A DNA stretch of 64,000 nt, from positions 744,001-808,000 of the forward strand of contig PS015009.1 in NCBI GenBank assembly GCA_048213135.1. Reading direction: 5' to 3'. The notes under the pieces are model-generated. The model saw only the letters and a list, made by a program, of their open reading frames with translations, searched no databases and was not told the DNA's origin. Every line of letters starts with the position of its first letter. The first letter of the stretch is position 1. Shown in pieces: positions 9,856 through 19,758 of the stretch. The position numbers and the translations under genes are program-made. This DNA comes from Reclinomonas americana ATCC 50394 (lineage: Eukaryota).

Positions 9856-11040
9856 ATGCCATTCAGAAAAATAATTAACGACCCGGTATATGGTTTTATT
9901 ACCATCGATGATGAACTGGTGAACCAGGTCATTGCCCATCCTTATTACCAGCGTCTCCGCCGTATTAACCAGATGGCCATGGCGCAACTGGTTTATCCCG
10001 GGGCGGTACATACCCGCCTGCACCACTCGCTGGGCGCCTATCACCTCATGTGCAACGCCCTCGCCGAACTTAAAGGTAAAGGTGTTGACATCACCGATGA
10101 GGAGTGCCAGGCCGCCAAAATCGCCATACTGCTGCACGATGCCGGCCACGGCCCCTTCAGCCATGCGCTGGAGAATGTGCTGGTAGAGAACATGCACCAC
10201 GAGCGGCTTTCCCTGCTCATTATGGAAGAAATGAACCGACAGTTCGGCGGTCGCCTGCAACTGGCGCTCGACATTTTTACAGGAAAGCATCCCAAGAAAT
10301 TCCTGCAGCAGCTCATCAGCGGGCAACTGGATGTGGACCGTATGGATTACCTCACCCGCGACAGTTTTTTTACCGGCGTGAGTGAAGGCGTGATTGGCTA
10401 CGACCGCATCCTTAAAATGCTGGTGGTACACGATGGCGAACTGATGGTGGAAGAAAAAGGCATCTATTCCATCGAAAAATTCCTGGTGGCACGGCGGCTC
10501 ATGTACTGGCAGGTATACCTGCACAAAACCGTACTCTGTGCCGAGCAGATGCTGCAGCGGATCATCCGCAGGGCCAAACATATTAAAGCACAAACCCATT
10601 TCCCGCTCCATAAATTCATCAACGAGCCCATTCAGAATATAACGCTGGAAGAATTCGCGAGCCTCGACGATTACGATATCCTGGTGGCCATCAAAGGATG
10701 GTGCCATCATGAAGACAAAGTACTCGCCTACCTCTGCAACGGCATCCTTAACCGCCGGTTGCTGAAGATCCGGTATTCGGCCACCCCTCCCGACCCGCAG
10801 CTGGTGGAGGAAAAGCAGCAGGAAGCCATGCGTCAAATGGGGCTGAGTGCAGAAGACGCCGGCTGGCTGGTATTTACCGGGCAGGCGTCCAGCAGTACCT
10901 ATAATTTTGACGATGAGAATATCCGGATCGTTTTTAAGGATGGAACGGTAAGGGATATATCCGGCGTTGATAATGCCCTCATCAATCAAAACCTGCTGGG
11001 CAAGGTTAAAAAATACTACATTTGTTATGTAAGGCCCTGA
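9856..11040 (+). CDS. HD-domain phosphohydrolase (dNTPase-like)
   Basis: DPVYGFI, QRLRRINQ, HTRLHHSLG, LLHDAGHGPFSH, DVDRMDYL. Confidence 0.92.
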   Translation: MPFRKIINDPVYGFITIDDELVNQVIAHPYYQRLRRINQMAMAQLVYPGAVHTRLHHSLGAYHLMCNALAELKGKGVDITDEECQAAKIAILLHDAGHGPFSHALENVLVENMHHERLSLLIMEEMNRQFGGRLQLALDIFTGKHPKKFLQQLISGQLDVDRMDYLTRDSFFTGVSEGVIGYDRILKMLVVHDGELMVEEKGIYSIEKFLVARRLMYWQVYLHKTVLCAEQMLQRIIRRAKHIKAQTHFPLHKFINEPIQNITLEEFASLDDYDILVAIKGWCHHEDKVLAYLCNGILNRRLLKIRYSATPPDPQLVEEKQQEAMRQMGLSAEDAGWLVFTGQASSSTYNFDDENIRIVFKDGTVRDISGVDNALINQNLLGKVKKYYICYVRP

Positions 11041-11152
11041 TCCCCTGTGTTTACAGGGTTGTCAATGAATTACACCCGTACAAAAACCAGGAACATATCC
11101 ATAACGGCAGCTGATCCTGAATTTTTGATTTTTGAATTTTGACTTATTATTT

Positions 11153-12202
11153 ATGCAATTCTCTGCAGCTCAAATAGCCATGATGATCGGCGGTCGTGTA
11201 GAAGGTAATCCCGATGCGGCCGTTAGTTCTTTCGGTAAAATAGAAGAAGCACAGGCCGGGCAACTGGCTTTCCTGGCCAACCCCAAGTATGAAGAATACC
11301 TGTACAGCACCGGCGCTACCATCATTATTATTGGCGAAGCGCAGGAGCTGAAACAAGCGGTCAGCGCCACACTCATCAAAGTGCCGGACCCTTACAGCGC
11401 TTTCGCCACCCTGCTGGATAAATACCAGCAGATACAGCGCCAGCAACTGGTGGGCATACAGCAACCCAGCTTCGTATCTCCTACCGCCAAAATCGGTGAC
11501 AATGTGTTCATTGGCGCTTTTACCTACATTGGTGACAATGTGGTGGTTGCCGACGGGGCGAAAATATATCCCAACAGTTTTATCGGTGATAACGCACGCA
11601 TTGGCGCGGGCAGCATCCTGCACGCCGGGGTAAAAGTGTACCACGAATGCGTTATCGGCAGCCAGGTTACCATTCATGCCGGCACAGTCATTGGCAGCGA
11701 CGGCTTTGGTTTTGCCCCGCAACCCGACGGCACACTGAAAAAGGTTCCGCAAATTGGCAATGTAGTGGTGGAAGATAATGTGGAGATAGGCGCCAATACT
11801 ACCATTGACCGCGGCACCATCGGCAGCACACTCATCAAATCAGGTGTTAAACTCGACAACCTGCTGCAGATCGCCCATAACGTGGAAGTAGGCAATAACT
11901 CCGTGATCGCGGCACAGGCCGGCATCAGCGGAAGTACAAAAATTGGCAATAATGTAATGATCGGCGGACAGGTGGGTATTGTAGGACATATTAAAATTGC
12001 AGACGGAACGCGTATCAATGCCCAGAGCGGCGTGAGCAAATCGATCAGGATTCCGAACAGCGCGGTTACGGGTTCGCCGGCATTCGACTATACCGCGGCC
12101 CTGCGCAGCCAGGTTGCGGCACGCAGTTTGCCAGAACTGGAGAAACGTGTACAGGAACTGGAGAAACTGGTGAAGGCATTATCGGAAAATAAACAGCAAT
12201 AG
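11153..12202 (+). CDS. lpxD: UDP-3-O-acylglucosamine N-acyltransferase
   Basis: Hexapeptide repeats, [33 protein letters not shown]. Confidence 0.97.
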   Translation: MQFSAAQIAMMIGGRVEGNPDAAVSSFGKIEEAQAGQLAFLANPKYEEYLYSTGATIIIIGEAQELKQAVSATLIKVPDPYSAFATLLDKYQQIQRQQLVGIQQPSFVSPTAKIGDNVFIGAFTYIGDNVVVADGAKIYPNSFIGDNARIGAGSILHAGVKVYHECVIGSQVTIHAGTVIGSDGFGFAPQPDGTLKKVPQIGNVVVEDNVEIGANTTIDRGTIGSTLIKSGVKLDNLLQIAHNVEVGNNSVIAAQAGISGSTKIGNNVMIGGQVGIVGHIKIADGTRINAQSGVSKSIRIPNSAVTGSPAFDYTAALRSQVAARSLPELEKRVQELEKLVKALSENKQQ

Positions 12203-12203
12203 A

Positions 12204-14696
12204 TTGACTTCTTTACGACTTATACTTACCCTCTTTGTGCTGAGTGTTACCTGTGGTACTGTGAAAGCCCAAACCGTACTGACCGGCACCATCCTCGACG
12301 CACACACCAAAGAACCCGTTACCTATGCTTCGGTATATTTCGCCAGGTCGGGCGTGGGCAAAACATCCGACAGCGCCGGGCATTTTACTTTCGTACTGAA
12401 TACTTTTTCCGCGGATACTTTAGTCGTGAGTTATATCGGCTACGACCTGTACCGCATACCTGTTGACCGCAGCTACGACAACAAACCCATTTCCATACAA
12501 CTGCAGCGCGGCGGGCTGAACAACGTAGTGGTGGTAAAGACCAAATTCAACAAAGGCCTGTACCTGTGGAAGAAGATCATGAGTAAAAAGAAACAGTACA
12601 ACCGCTATAACCTGCCCAACTTCAGTTACGAAGCGTATAATAAACTGGAGGTCGACATCAAGAACTTCAATGTAAACAGGGCGAAGAAAAATTTCCTGCT
12701 GAAACCATTCGCGTTTGTATTCGATAATATGGACAGCACTTCAGAAAAGCAGCCCTTCCTGCCCGCTTACCTTATTGAAAGCCTCAGCGATTACGCTTAC
12801 CAAAAGAGTCCCAAAAAATATTTCGAGAACATCAAAGCCAGCAACACCAAGGGTTTCAAGAACGAGAGCATCAGCCGGCTGACCGGTGTGATGGACCAGA
12901 ACGTGAACATCTACAGCAATTATGTGAACGTGATGAACAAGGATTTCATCAGCCCGTTCAACGACAATGGTGATGTTTATTATACATTCACGGTACCTGA
13001 CACGCAGCTGCTTGACGGAAAAAAATTATTCCATTTTGTATTTACTCCCCGCCATCCGGGGCAGAACACATTTGAAGGCGACGCCTGGGTGGTGGAAAAG
13101 ACTTTCCAGATACAGCGGATATCGCTTTACCTGGGCAAGGATGCCAACATCAATTATATCGACCGCGTCAGCATCTTCCAGGAATTCATCCCCATCAACG
13201 ATTCGGTGATCTTCCTCAACCGCGATAAATTCTTCGCCGACTTCAGGGCGCTGGGCAAACAATCGCTTACTCTCATCGGGCGCAAGACCACTTCGTATAA
13301 AAACATCGTAATCAACAGCGACTCCATCACCAATATTTTTAAAGACCAGAAACTGGAAGAAGTGGTGAAATCGGATCCGGGCATGAATCTCAAAACAGAT
13401 TCCGCCTGGGTCGCACTCCGCCACGATACTTTGTCGGTAAATGAAAAGGCGATCTACAGTTCAATCGATAAACTGCTGCAGATGCCCAAGTTCCAGCGGT
13501 TTCAGCGCAACCTGCGTTTCCTGGCAACGGGTTACCGCAATATCGGCAACTACGAGATCGGCCCCTGGTTCAACTGGATCAGCGGCAACCAGTGGGAAGG
13601 TACCCGATTCCGTTTCGACCTGGGCACCAACACCGGTTTCAACAAACATATTTACCTGCATGGCTATCTCGCCTACGGCACCAGGGATAAAAAATTCAAA
13701 GGTCAGCTGGAAGCCATTTGGGTACTGAAAAGGGACCCCAAGCGGTTAAGTATACACGCTTCTTACACCAACGATATCGACAATGGCATCAGCCAGCTGG
13801 GCGAAGTGAGCCAGGACAACGTATTCTCACTCGCTATCCGCAAGCCCGGCGCCGACACTACACGTAAGTTTGTAGGATTGAAAGATATCCGTTTTGACGT
13901 ATCACACGACCTCGGCCGAGGTTTTTCCGCTCAATGGTTTGTTGCCCGCCGTGAATACACACCATTGAAAAACCTGCCCTTTAAATCCGAGTTCCCGGTA
14001 AACAAAGGCACATCGCTTACCAATTTTGAACTGGCAGTGAAACTGCGCTGGGCCTACCTGGAGAAATTTTATGAAAGCGCTTTCAACCGTACTTCACTGG
14101 GCAGTAAGTACCCTATCGCGGAATTGATCCTGGCCAAGGGTATTTCCGGCGTGTTCAACAGCGCCTACGACTATGTAAAAGTATCGGCTTCAGTCAGGGA
14201 CGTACAAAAAATATCTCCTTACGGCACGCTGACGTATAAAGTATACGGAGGCCTCATTAAAGGTGACCTGCCTTTTGCCTTCCTGGAAAATCACCCCGGA
14301 AACGATATTTATTATTATGGTTCCAATGCTTATAACCTCATGCGCCGATTTGAATACGTGGGCGACAGGTATGCCGGCATTAACCTGGAACATAACGTAG
14401 GCTCGGGCCTGTTCCGTTTCATACCGCTGACCCGTAAACTGAAATGGCGCCAGTTCTGGACCGCCAAGGCGCTGTGGAGTTCGCTCAGCGACCGTAACCA
14501 GGAGATCAATAAAACGGGGATGACCGGCGGGTTCAAAACCCTCAATGGCAAAACTTACATTGAACTGGGCACCGGTATCGACAATATCTTCAAAATACTG
14601 CGGTTCGATTTCGTATGGCGGGTGGCCCCCACCCCTCTGCCCGAAAACCGCAGTTCCCGCTTTGGCATATTCGGCAGCTTCCAGTTCCAGTTTTAA
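12204..14696 (+). CDS. DUF5686-type outer-membrane protein with carboxypeptidase-like regulatory N-domain
   Basis: Signal peptide, YEAYNKLEVD, FISP, GYLAYGTRDKKFK, YIELGTGIDNIFKILRFDFVWR, terminal FQFQF. Confidence 0.82.
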   Translation: MTSLRLILTLFVLSVTCGTVKAQTVLTGTILDAHTKEPVTYASVYFARSGVGKTSDSAGHFTFVLNTFSADTLVVSYIGYDLYRIPVDRSYDNKPISIQLQRGGLNNVVVVKTKFNKGLYLWKKIMSKKKQYNRYNLPNFSYEAYNKLEVDIKNFNVNRAKKNFLLKPFAFVFDNMDSTSEKQPFLPAYLIESLSDYAYQKSPKKYFENIKASNTKGFKNESISRLTGVMDQNVNIYSNYVNVMNKDFISPFNDNGDVYYTFTVPDTQLLDGKKLFHFVFTPRHPGQNTFEGDAWVVEKTFQIQRISLYLGKDANINYIDRVSIFQEFIPINDSVIFLNRDKFFADFRALGKQSLTLIGRKTTSYKNIVINSDSITNIFKDQKLEEVVKSDPGMNLKTDSAWVALRHDTLSVNEKAIYSSIDKLLQMPKFQRFQRNLRFLATGYRNIGNYEIGPWFNWISGNQWEGTRFRFDLGTNTGFNKHIYLHGYLAYGTRDKKFKGQLEAIWVLKRDPKRLSIHASYTNDIDNGISQLGEVSQDNVFSLAIRKPGADTTRKFVGLKDIRFDVSHDLGRGFSAQWFVARREYTPLKNLPFKSEFPVNKGTSLTNFELAVKLRWAYLEKFYESAFNRTSLGSKYPIAELILAKGISGVFNSAYDYVKVSASVRDVQKISPYGTLTYKVYGGLIKGDLPFAFLENHPGNDIYYYGSNAYNLMRRFEYVGDRYAGINLEHNVGSGLFRFIPLTRKLKWRQFWTAKALWSSLSDRNQEINKTGMTGGFKTLNGKTYIELGTGIDNIFKILRFDFVWRVAPTPLPENRSSRFGIFGSFQFQF

Positions 14697-14699
14697 GGG

Positions 14700-14770
14700 G
14701 ACCACAGGCGACGGGCCACAGACAACCAGGCAACTATTGTCACATTATCAAATTGTCACATCATCACATT
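14700..14770 (+). repeat. Composite heptamer/octamer repeat, copy 2
   Basis: GACCACAGGCGACGGGCCACAGACAACC...ATTGTCACATTATCAAATTGTCACATCATCACATT. Confidence 0.75.
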
Positions 14771-14807
14771 AGTGTACTATCTTTGCGCTCAAAATTCGGA
14801 ATAACAC

Positions 14808-16214
14808 ATGGATAAGACTTTTAACCCGGATAAGCAGCATACGTTAGCAAAGCAGGTAAGTATCTCTGGTACAGGGCTTCATACAGGTATAAATGTTGAC
14901 ATGTGTTTAAAACCCGCCAATCCCGGCTTCGGCTTCCAGTTCCAGCGGATCGATATGCCGGGCATGCCCGTGATCAAGGCCGACTGTGACCTGGTAAGCG
15001 ACACTTCCCGTGGTACTACGCTTGAGCAGGGCAATGCCAAAGTGAGTACTGTTGAACATGTACTGGCAGCACTGGTGGGTATGGGCATTGACAATTGCCT
15101 CATCGAACTCAACGGACCCGAGATCCCCATCATTGACGGCAGTAGCGAACCCTTTGTAGAGATCATAGAGGAAACCGGCGTGATTGAGCAGGATGCCACC
15201 AAGGTTTGGTACAGCATCGATACCAATATATCTTATTACGACGACGTAAAAAGGGTGGAAATGACTGCCCTGCCGGCTACCAATTACCAGGTAACCGCCC
15301 TCATCGATTTCAACAGCCCCGTACTGGGTACACAACACGCCAGCCTTAAAAGCATGGCCGAGTTCCAGAAAGAGATAGCCCCCTGCCGCACATTCTGTTT
15401 CCTGCACGAACTGGAAATGCTGCTCGACCATAACCTGGTGAAAGGCGGCGATATCAATAATGCCATTGTGGTAGTGGACAAACCCGTTACCGACGAAGAA
15501 ATGACCCGCCTGGCCAGGGCCTTCGGCAGAGACAAGATTGAAGTAAAAAGCGAAGGTTACCTCAACAACCTCGAACTGCGCTTCCCCAATGAGCCCGCAC
15601 GCCACAAGCTGCTGGACATCATTGGCGACCTGGCGCTGATCGGCTATCCTATTAAAGGACACATTATTGCCAACAGGCCCGGCCACAGCAGCAACGTGGA
15701 GTTTGCCAAACGCATTAAACAATATATCAAGAAGAACAAGCACACCCGCGATATTCCCATTTATGATCCCAACCAGCCACCGGTATATACCCAGCAGCAG
15801 ATTGAAAAAACGCTGCCGCACAGGTATCCCTTCCTGTTAGTGGACAAGATCATTGAACTGACCGACACACAGATCGTAGGTATTAAGAATGTTACCTTCA
15901 ACGAATATTTCTTCCAGGGACATTTTCCCGGCAACCCGGTAATGCCCGGTGTACTGCAGATTGAGGCCCTGGCACAAACCGGCGGCATCCTCTGCATCAA
16001 TGCCATGCCCGAAGGACAGTACGATACCTATTTCCTGAAGATTGACAACTGTAAGTTCAAGCAAATGGTAAGGCCTGGTGATACCATGATCATGAAGATG
16101 GAGCTGATAGAGCCTATCCGCCGTGGCATCTGTGCCATGAAAGGCAGCGTTTACGTAGGCAATAAGCTCTGTACCGAGGCTGACCTGACCGCCCAGCTGG
16201 TAAAAAGAAACTAA
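14808..16214 (+). CDS. lpxC-fabZ: Bifunctional LpxC deacetylase / FabZ dehydratase
   Basis: GTGLHTG, TVEHVLAAL, HKLLDIIGDL (LpxC); LPHRYPFLLVD, FQGHFPGNPVMPGVLQIEALAQ (FabZ). Confidence 0.97.
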   Translation: MDKTFNPDKQHTLAKQVSISGTGLHTGINVDMCLKPANPGFGFQFQRIDMPGMPVIKADCDLVSDTSRGTTLEQGNAKVSTVEHVLAALVGMGIDNCLIELNGPEIPIIDGSSEPFVEIIEETGVIEQDATKVWYSIDTNISYYDDVKRVEMTALPATNYQVTALIDFNSPVLGTQHASLKSMAEFQKEIAPCRTFCFLHELEMLLDHNLVKGGDINNAIVVVDKPVTDEEMTRLARAFGRDKIEVKSEGYLNNLELRFPNEPARHKLLDIIGDLALIGYPIKGHIIANRPGHSSNVEFAKRIKQYIKKNKHTRDIPIYDPNQPPVYTQQQIEKTLPHRYPFLLVDKIIELTDTQIVGIKNVTFNEYFFQGHFPGNPVMPGVLQIEALAQTGGILCINAMPEGQYDTYFLKIDNCKFKQMVRPGDTMIMKMELIEPIRRGICAMKGSVYVGNKLCTEADLTAQLVKRN

Positions 16215-16218
16215 ATCA

Positions 16219-16360
16219 GAATGTGCGAATAGGCGAATATGAAAATGTGTGAAGGAAAGTACAGGAAGGAAAAGGCCTTTATTTGAATTTGGACTTTAAA
16301 ACAATTGATTTTACCTGAGAACAAGATAAAATACGCACATTTGCATATTCGCACATTTGC
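16219..16360. repeat. Inverted octamer-repeat arms between lpxC-fabZ and lpxA
   Basis: AATGTGCGAATAGGCGAATATG ... CACATTTGCATATTCGCACATT. Confidence 0.7.
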
Positions 16361-16370
16361 TTAATTATTT

Positions 16371-17168
16371 ATGATTCATCCGCATACATACATACATCCC
16401 AACGCCAAGCTTGCGACCAATGTAAAGGTTGATCCTTTCAGCGTTATTCACCAGAACGTGGAAATTGGTGAAGGCACCTGGGTAGGAAGTAATGTAACCA
16501 TCATGGACGGGGCCCGTATAGGCAAGAACTGCCGCATTTTCCCCGGCGCCGTTATCGCCGCCATCCCCCAGGATCTGAAATATGAGGGTGAACAAACCAC
16601 CGTGGAGATCGGTGACAATACCACCATCCGTGAGTTTGTTACCGTGAACAGGGGCAGTAAAGACAGGTGGACCACCAAAGTAGGTAATAACTGCCTTATT
16701 ATGGCTTACAGTCATATTGCGCACGATTGCATCATTGGCAACAACTGCATCATGAGCAACAACACGCAAATGGCCGGTCACGTAATGATGGGTGATTTCT
16801 CTATCGTAGGCGGTATGTGCGCCATTCACCAGTTTGTACAGATCGGGCAGCATTCATTTGTAAGCGGGGGTTCACTGGTAGGTAAAGATGTTCCTCCTTA
16901 CATCAAGGCCGGCCGTACACCGCTGAGCTATGCAGGCGTAAATTCCATCGGGCTGAAACGCCGTGGTTTTTCCCTCGACAGGATCAATAAAATACTCGAT
17001 ATCTACCGTATCATTTACAATAAAGCCATGAACACTTCACAGGCCCTGAACTATATCGAGGAAGAACTGCCGGCAACCGATGAACGCGATGAGATCGTGA
17101 CCTTTATCCGTGAGAGCGGCCGCGGTATCATCAAACGTTACACCAAGGGCAGTCTCGACGACGAATAA
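16371..17168 (+). CDS. lpxA: Acyl-ACP--UDP-GlcNAc O-acyltransferase
   Basis: PQDLKY, IREFVTVNRG, HIAHDC, IHQFVQIG, KDVPPY, NSIGLKRRGF. Confidence 0.97.
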   Translation: MIHPHTYIHPNAKLATNVKVDPFSVIHQNVEIGEGTWVGSNVTIMDGARIGKNCRIFPGAVIAAIPQDLKYEGEQTTVEIGDNTTIREFVTVNRGSKDRWTTKVGNNCLIMAYSHIAHDCIIGNNCIMSNNTQMAGHVMMGDFSIVGGMCAIHQFVQIGQHSFVSGGSLVGKDVPPYIKAGRTPLSYAGVNSIGLKRRGFSLDRINKILDIYRIIYNKAMNTSQALNYIEEELPATDERDEIVTFIRESGRGIIKRYTKGSLDDE

Positions 17169-17174
17169 TTCTAA

Positions 17175-17834
17175 ATGGCAAGAGAACACTTGCCTTACCC
17201 GGTATATTCCATGCAGATCTCTCTAAGCAATGCTGGCAAAAGATTTAACCGGGAGTGGATATTCCGCCACTTCAGCCACGACTTTTTACCCGGCAACAGT
17301 TATGCCATCACTGGTCCCAACGGATCGGGAAAGTCCACCCTGTTGCAGGTCATCGCCGGCGCGCTTACTTTCAGCGAAGGAATGATCAGTTATGCCGCTG
17401 CCGGCGGTAACTCCATCGCCGCGGACCATGCCTACCGCCACATCAGCATCGCGGCCCCATACCTGGAGTTGATAGAAGAGTTTAGTGCAGCAGAAATGCT
17501 GGACTTCCACGCCAGGTTCAAAGACCTCGTTCTTCCCAAAAATGAAATACTGTCGCTCGTTGGATTGGAAACCGCTGCCGGTAAGCAGATCCGCTATTTC
17601 AGCAGTGGTATGAAACAACGCCTTAAACTGGCGCAGGCTTTTTTTAGTAAAGGAAGCGTATTACTGCTGGATGAACCCACCACCAATCTTGATGCTGATG
17701 GCATCGCTTTATACCAGCAACTCATACAGGATCACAGTTCCGGCAGGCTGGTGATTGTAAGCAGCAATGACAAAGAAGAATACGCGTTTTGCAGGGAAGT
17801 GATTGCTGTGGGCCAGTACAAAACACAAGAATAA
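17175..17834 (+). CDS. Stand-alone ABC ATP-binding protein (start may be 17211)
   Basis: Walker A GPNGSGKS, signature FSSGMKQR, Walker B LLLDEPT. Confidence 0.92.
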   Translation: MAREHLPYPVYSMQISLSNAGKRFNREWIFRHFSHDFLPGNSYAITGPNGSGKSTLLQVIAGALTFSEGMISYAAAGGNSIAADHAYRHISIAAPYLELIEEFSAAEMLDFHARFKDLVLPKNEILSLVGLETAAGKQIRYFSSGMKQRLKLAQAFFSKGSVLLLDEPTTNLDADGIALYQQLIQDHSSGRLVIVSSNDKEEYAFCREVIAVGQYKTQE

Positions 17835-17891
17835 AACCTGCCATTGCCAGGGCAACAGCAGGTTAAGAGGTCATCTCTTTTCGTAATTCCC

Positions 17892-18686
17892 TTACTTAAA
17901 ATATTTATACAGGTCTTTATCCTCCCCTTTCCACTGGGCGATCTTTGCCAGGGAGTTGATCAGCGGTTCCTGGAACCAGCCCGGCATACCTTTCAGGTAT
18001 GATTGGCTGTAACCCAGCAGGAGCGCCATATGCCAGGGATTCTGTGTCATATCGTTCTTCAGCAAACCATCGTTGATCAGGCCATAAGCTACCCGCAGGG
18101 TTTTTTCCAGTCCGCCTGCAGGGGATATTTTAACCAGCAATACCGACTTTTCCTTTCTCGCGTTTTTGAAGAAGTGCATGTCGGAACGGATTGCCATGGC
18201 AGAGTCGCCTTTTTGCAGCTTTATCTCTTTTCCATTGTGACCAATATTCACTTCGCCTTCCAGTACTTTGAACTGCTCTTCAAAGCTTTTATGATAATGC
18301 CAGTCATTACCTCCGTAGGGTTCCAGTTCAACCTGCACCAGTTCGTAGGCTCCATTGGTTTCCGCCCCGGTTTTAATAAATGTGGCGGAGTAGTTGCCCG
18401 CGGTGTTTATGATGGTTCTGTCGGAACGGGGCCCTACCGTATGGTCCAGCGGGGGTAAAAAAGCCGCAAACAGCACGATGGCGGCATAGCCAAAAATCAG
18501 CAGGAACAAGGGTAAGCCCAATATGGAATACAGGAGTTTCACCCGGAGTTGTCCTTTCCTTCGCCAGATGCGGAATACGCCAATCGGGTAGAACAACAGT
18601 GATAGCAGGTATAATCCATTCCTTCTTTTTGACGGTTTATCGGTTTTTTGCCCAACTCGTGTCGCGGGCACAGACAGATCTTGCAT
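17892..18686 (-). CDS. Membrane-anchored cupin-domain protein
   Basis: Two N-terminal hydrophobic segments, cupin motifs HYHKSFEEQFKVLEG and HFFKN. Confidence 0.8.
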   Translation of the reverse strand: MQDLSVPATRVGQKTDKPSKRRNGLYLLSLLFYPIGVFRIWRRKGQLRVKLLYSILGLPLFLLIFGYAAIVLFAAFLPPLDHTVGPRSDRTIINTAGNYSATFIKTGAETNGAYELVQVELEPYGGNDWHYHKSFEEQFKVLEGEVNIGHNGKEIKLQKGDSAMAIRSDMHFFKNARKEKSVLLVKISPAGGLEKTLRVAYGLINDGLLKNDMTQNPWHMALLLGYSQSYLKGMPGWFQEPLINSLAKIAQWKGEDKDLYKYFK

Positions 18687-18769
18687 AGTGTTTCTATTTT
18701 TATTTCCTGCAAAATTGCGACGCGACAAGGCTTTGCCTGTTTAGCCAAACGGATTTTGATTTAGGAAAA

Positions 18770-19750
18770 ATGGATAAGATCAACACTTCCAACTGGGATA
18801 ATTATTTCGGGCATACGGAACAAGCCCTTGTGTATGCCAGTGACCGGTATACCGAAACAACGTTCCGGTTTGCGGAAGAAAAACTGGCTTCCGGCAATAT
18901 TAAAGTGATTGCCGCGCCGGGCATGATGCTGACGGATCTTTTCATCAGCACCGATAAAGCTTTCCAGATGACCGATACCCAATCCCGGGAATCGGCAGAG
19001 TCGCTGTTTATCCTGAAAGGAAATGTTGAGTCGAAGTTTCATAACATGGAGCATGCCCTGTATTTAGGCAGACAGGATCACAGCATACAGTACAATGAAA
19101 GTTTCGCCGGTGATCACATCATCCATCCCGGCGGGTTTCATGCATTAACGATTACGTATGAACCGGGCTTCCTGCATAATTTATTGCAATGCTCAGAAGG
19201 CGGGCCCATGGAACAATTGAGCAAAGGGTTGGAAAAGAAACTAAATTTTCTGCCGGCGCCTTACTCCCTCACCTGGCAGGGAAGGATGGCGGATGTGATC
19301 CATGCTATACGCAGCTGCCCTTTCCAGGGACTAACCCGTTACCTGTTCATTGAAAGCAAGATGATGGAACTTTTTGTTTTGCAGATGGAACATGTGCAGG
19401 CAACGCAATCATCAGCACCCGGACAACGATGGAGTAAAACGGATACAGAAAAATTCTTCGCGGTAAAAGCATACATCGAAACTTCTTATTTAGAACCACT
19501 CACGCTTAAAGAGCTGACCTGCAAATTCGGGTTGAACGAGTTTAAACTCAAGAAAGGATACAAACAGCTTTTTCAAACCACGGTATTCGGACACATTCAT
19601 CACATGCGTATGCAGAAGGCGAAAAGCATGCTGGTGGAACAGGAGATGAGCGTATCGGAAGTGGCTTACAGCATCGGGTACAACAATGTGAGCAGCTTTT
19701 CGTCTGAATTTAAAAAGAGGTTCGGTTACAGCCCGGGTATGCGGCAGTAA
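18770..19750 (+). CDS. AraC-family transcriptional regulator
   Basis: GLNEFKLKKGYKQLFQTTV, VSEVAYSIGYNNVSSFSSEFKKRFGYSP. Confidence 0.93.
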   Translation: MDKINTSNWDNYFGHTEQALVYASDRYTETTFRFAEEKLASGNIKVIAAPGMMLTDLFISTDKAFQMTDTQSRESAESLFILKGNVESKFHNMEHALYLGRQDHSIQYNESFAGDHIIHPGGFHALTITYEPGFLHNLLQCSEGGPMEQLSKGLEKKLNFLPAPYSLTWQGRMADVIHAIRSCPFQGLTRYLFIESKMMELFVLQMEHVQATQSSAPGQRWSKTDTEKFFAVKAYIETSYLEPLTLKELTCKFGLNEFKLKKGYKQLFQTTVFGHIHHMRMQKAKSMLVEQEMSVSEVAYSIGYNNVSSFSSEFKKRFGYSPGMRQ

Positions 19751-19758
19751 AACACGAT

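Noticed and set aside
9835..10989. 384-aa antisense ORF
   Set aside because: Fully overlaps the HD-domain gene; no recognisable motifs.
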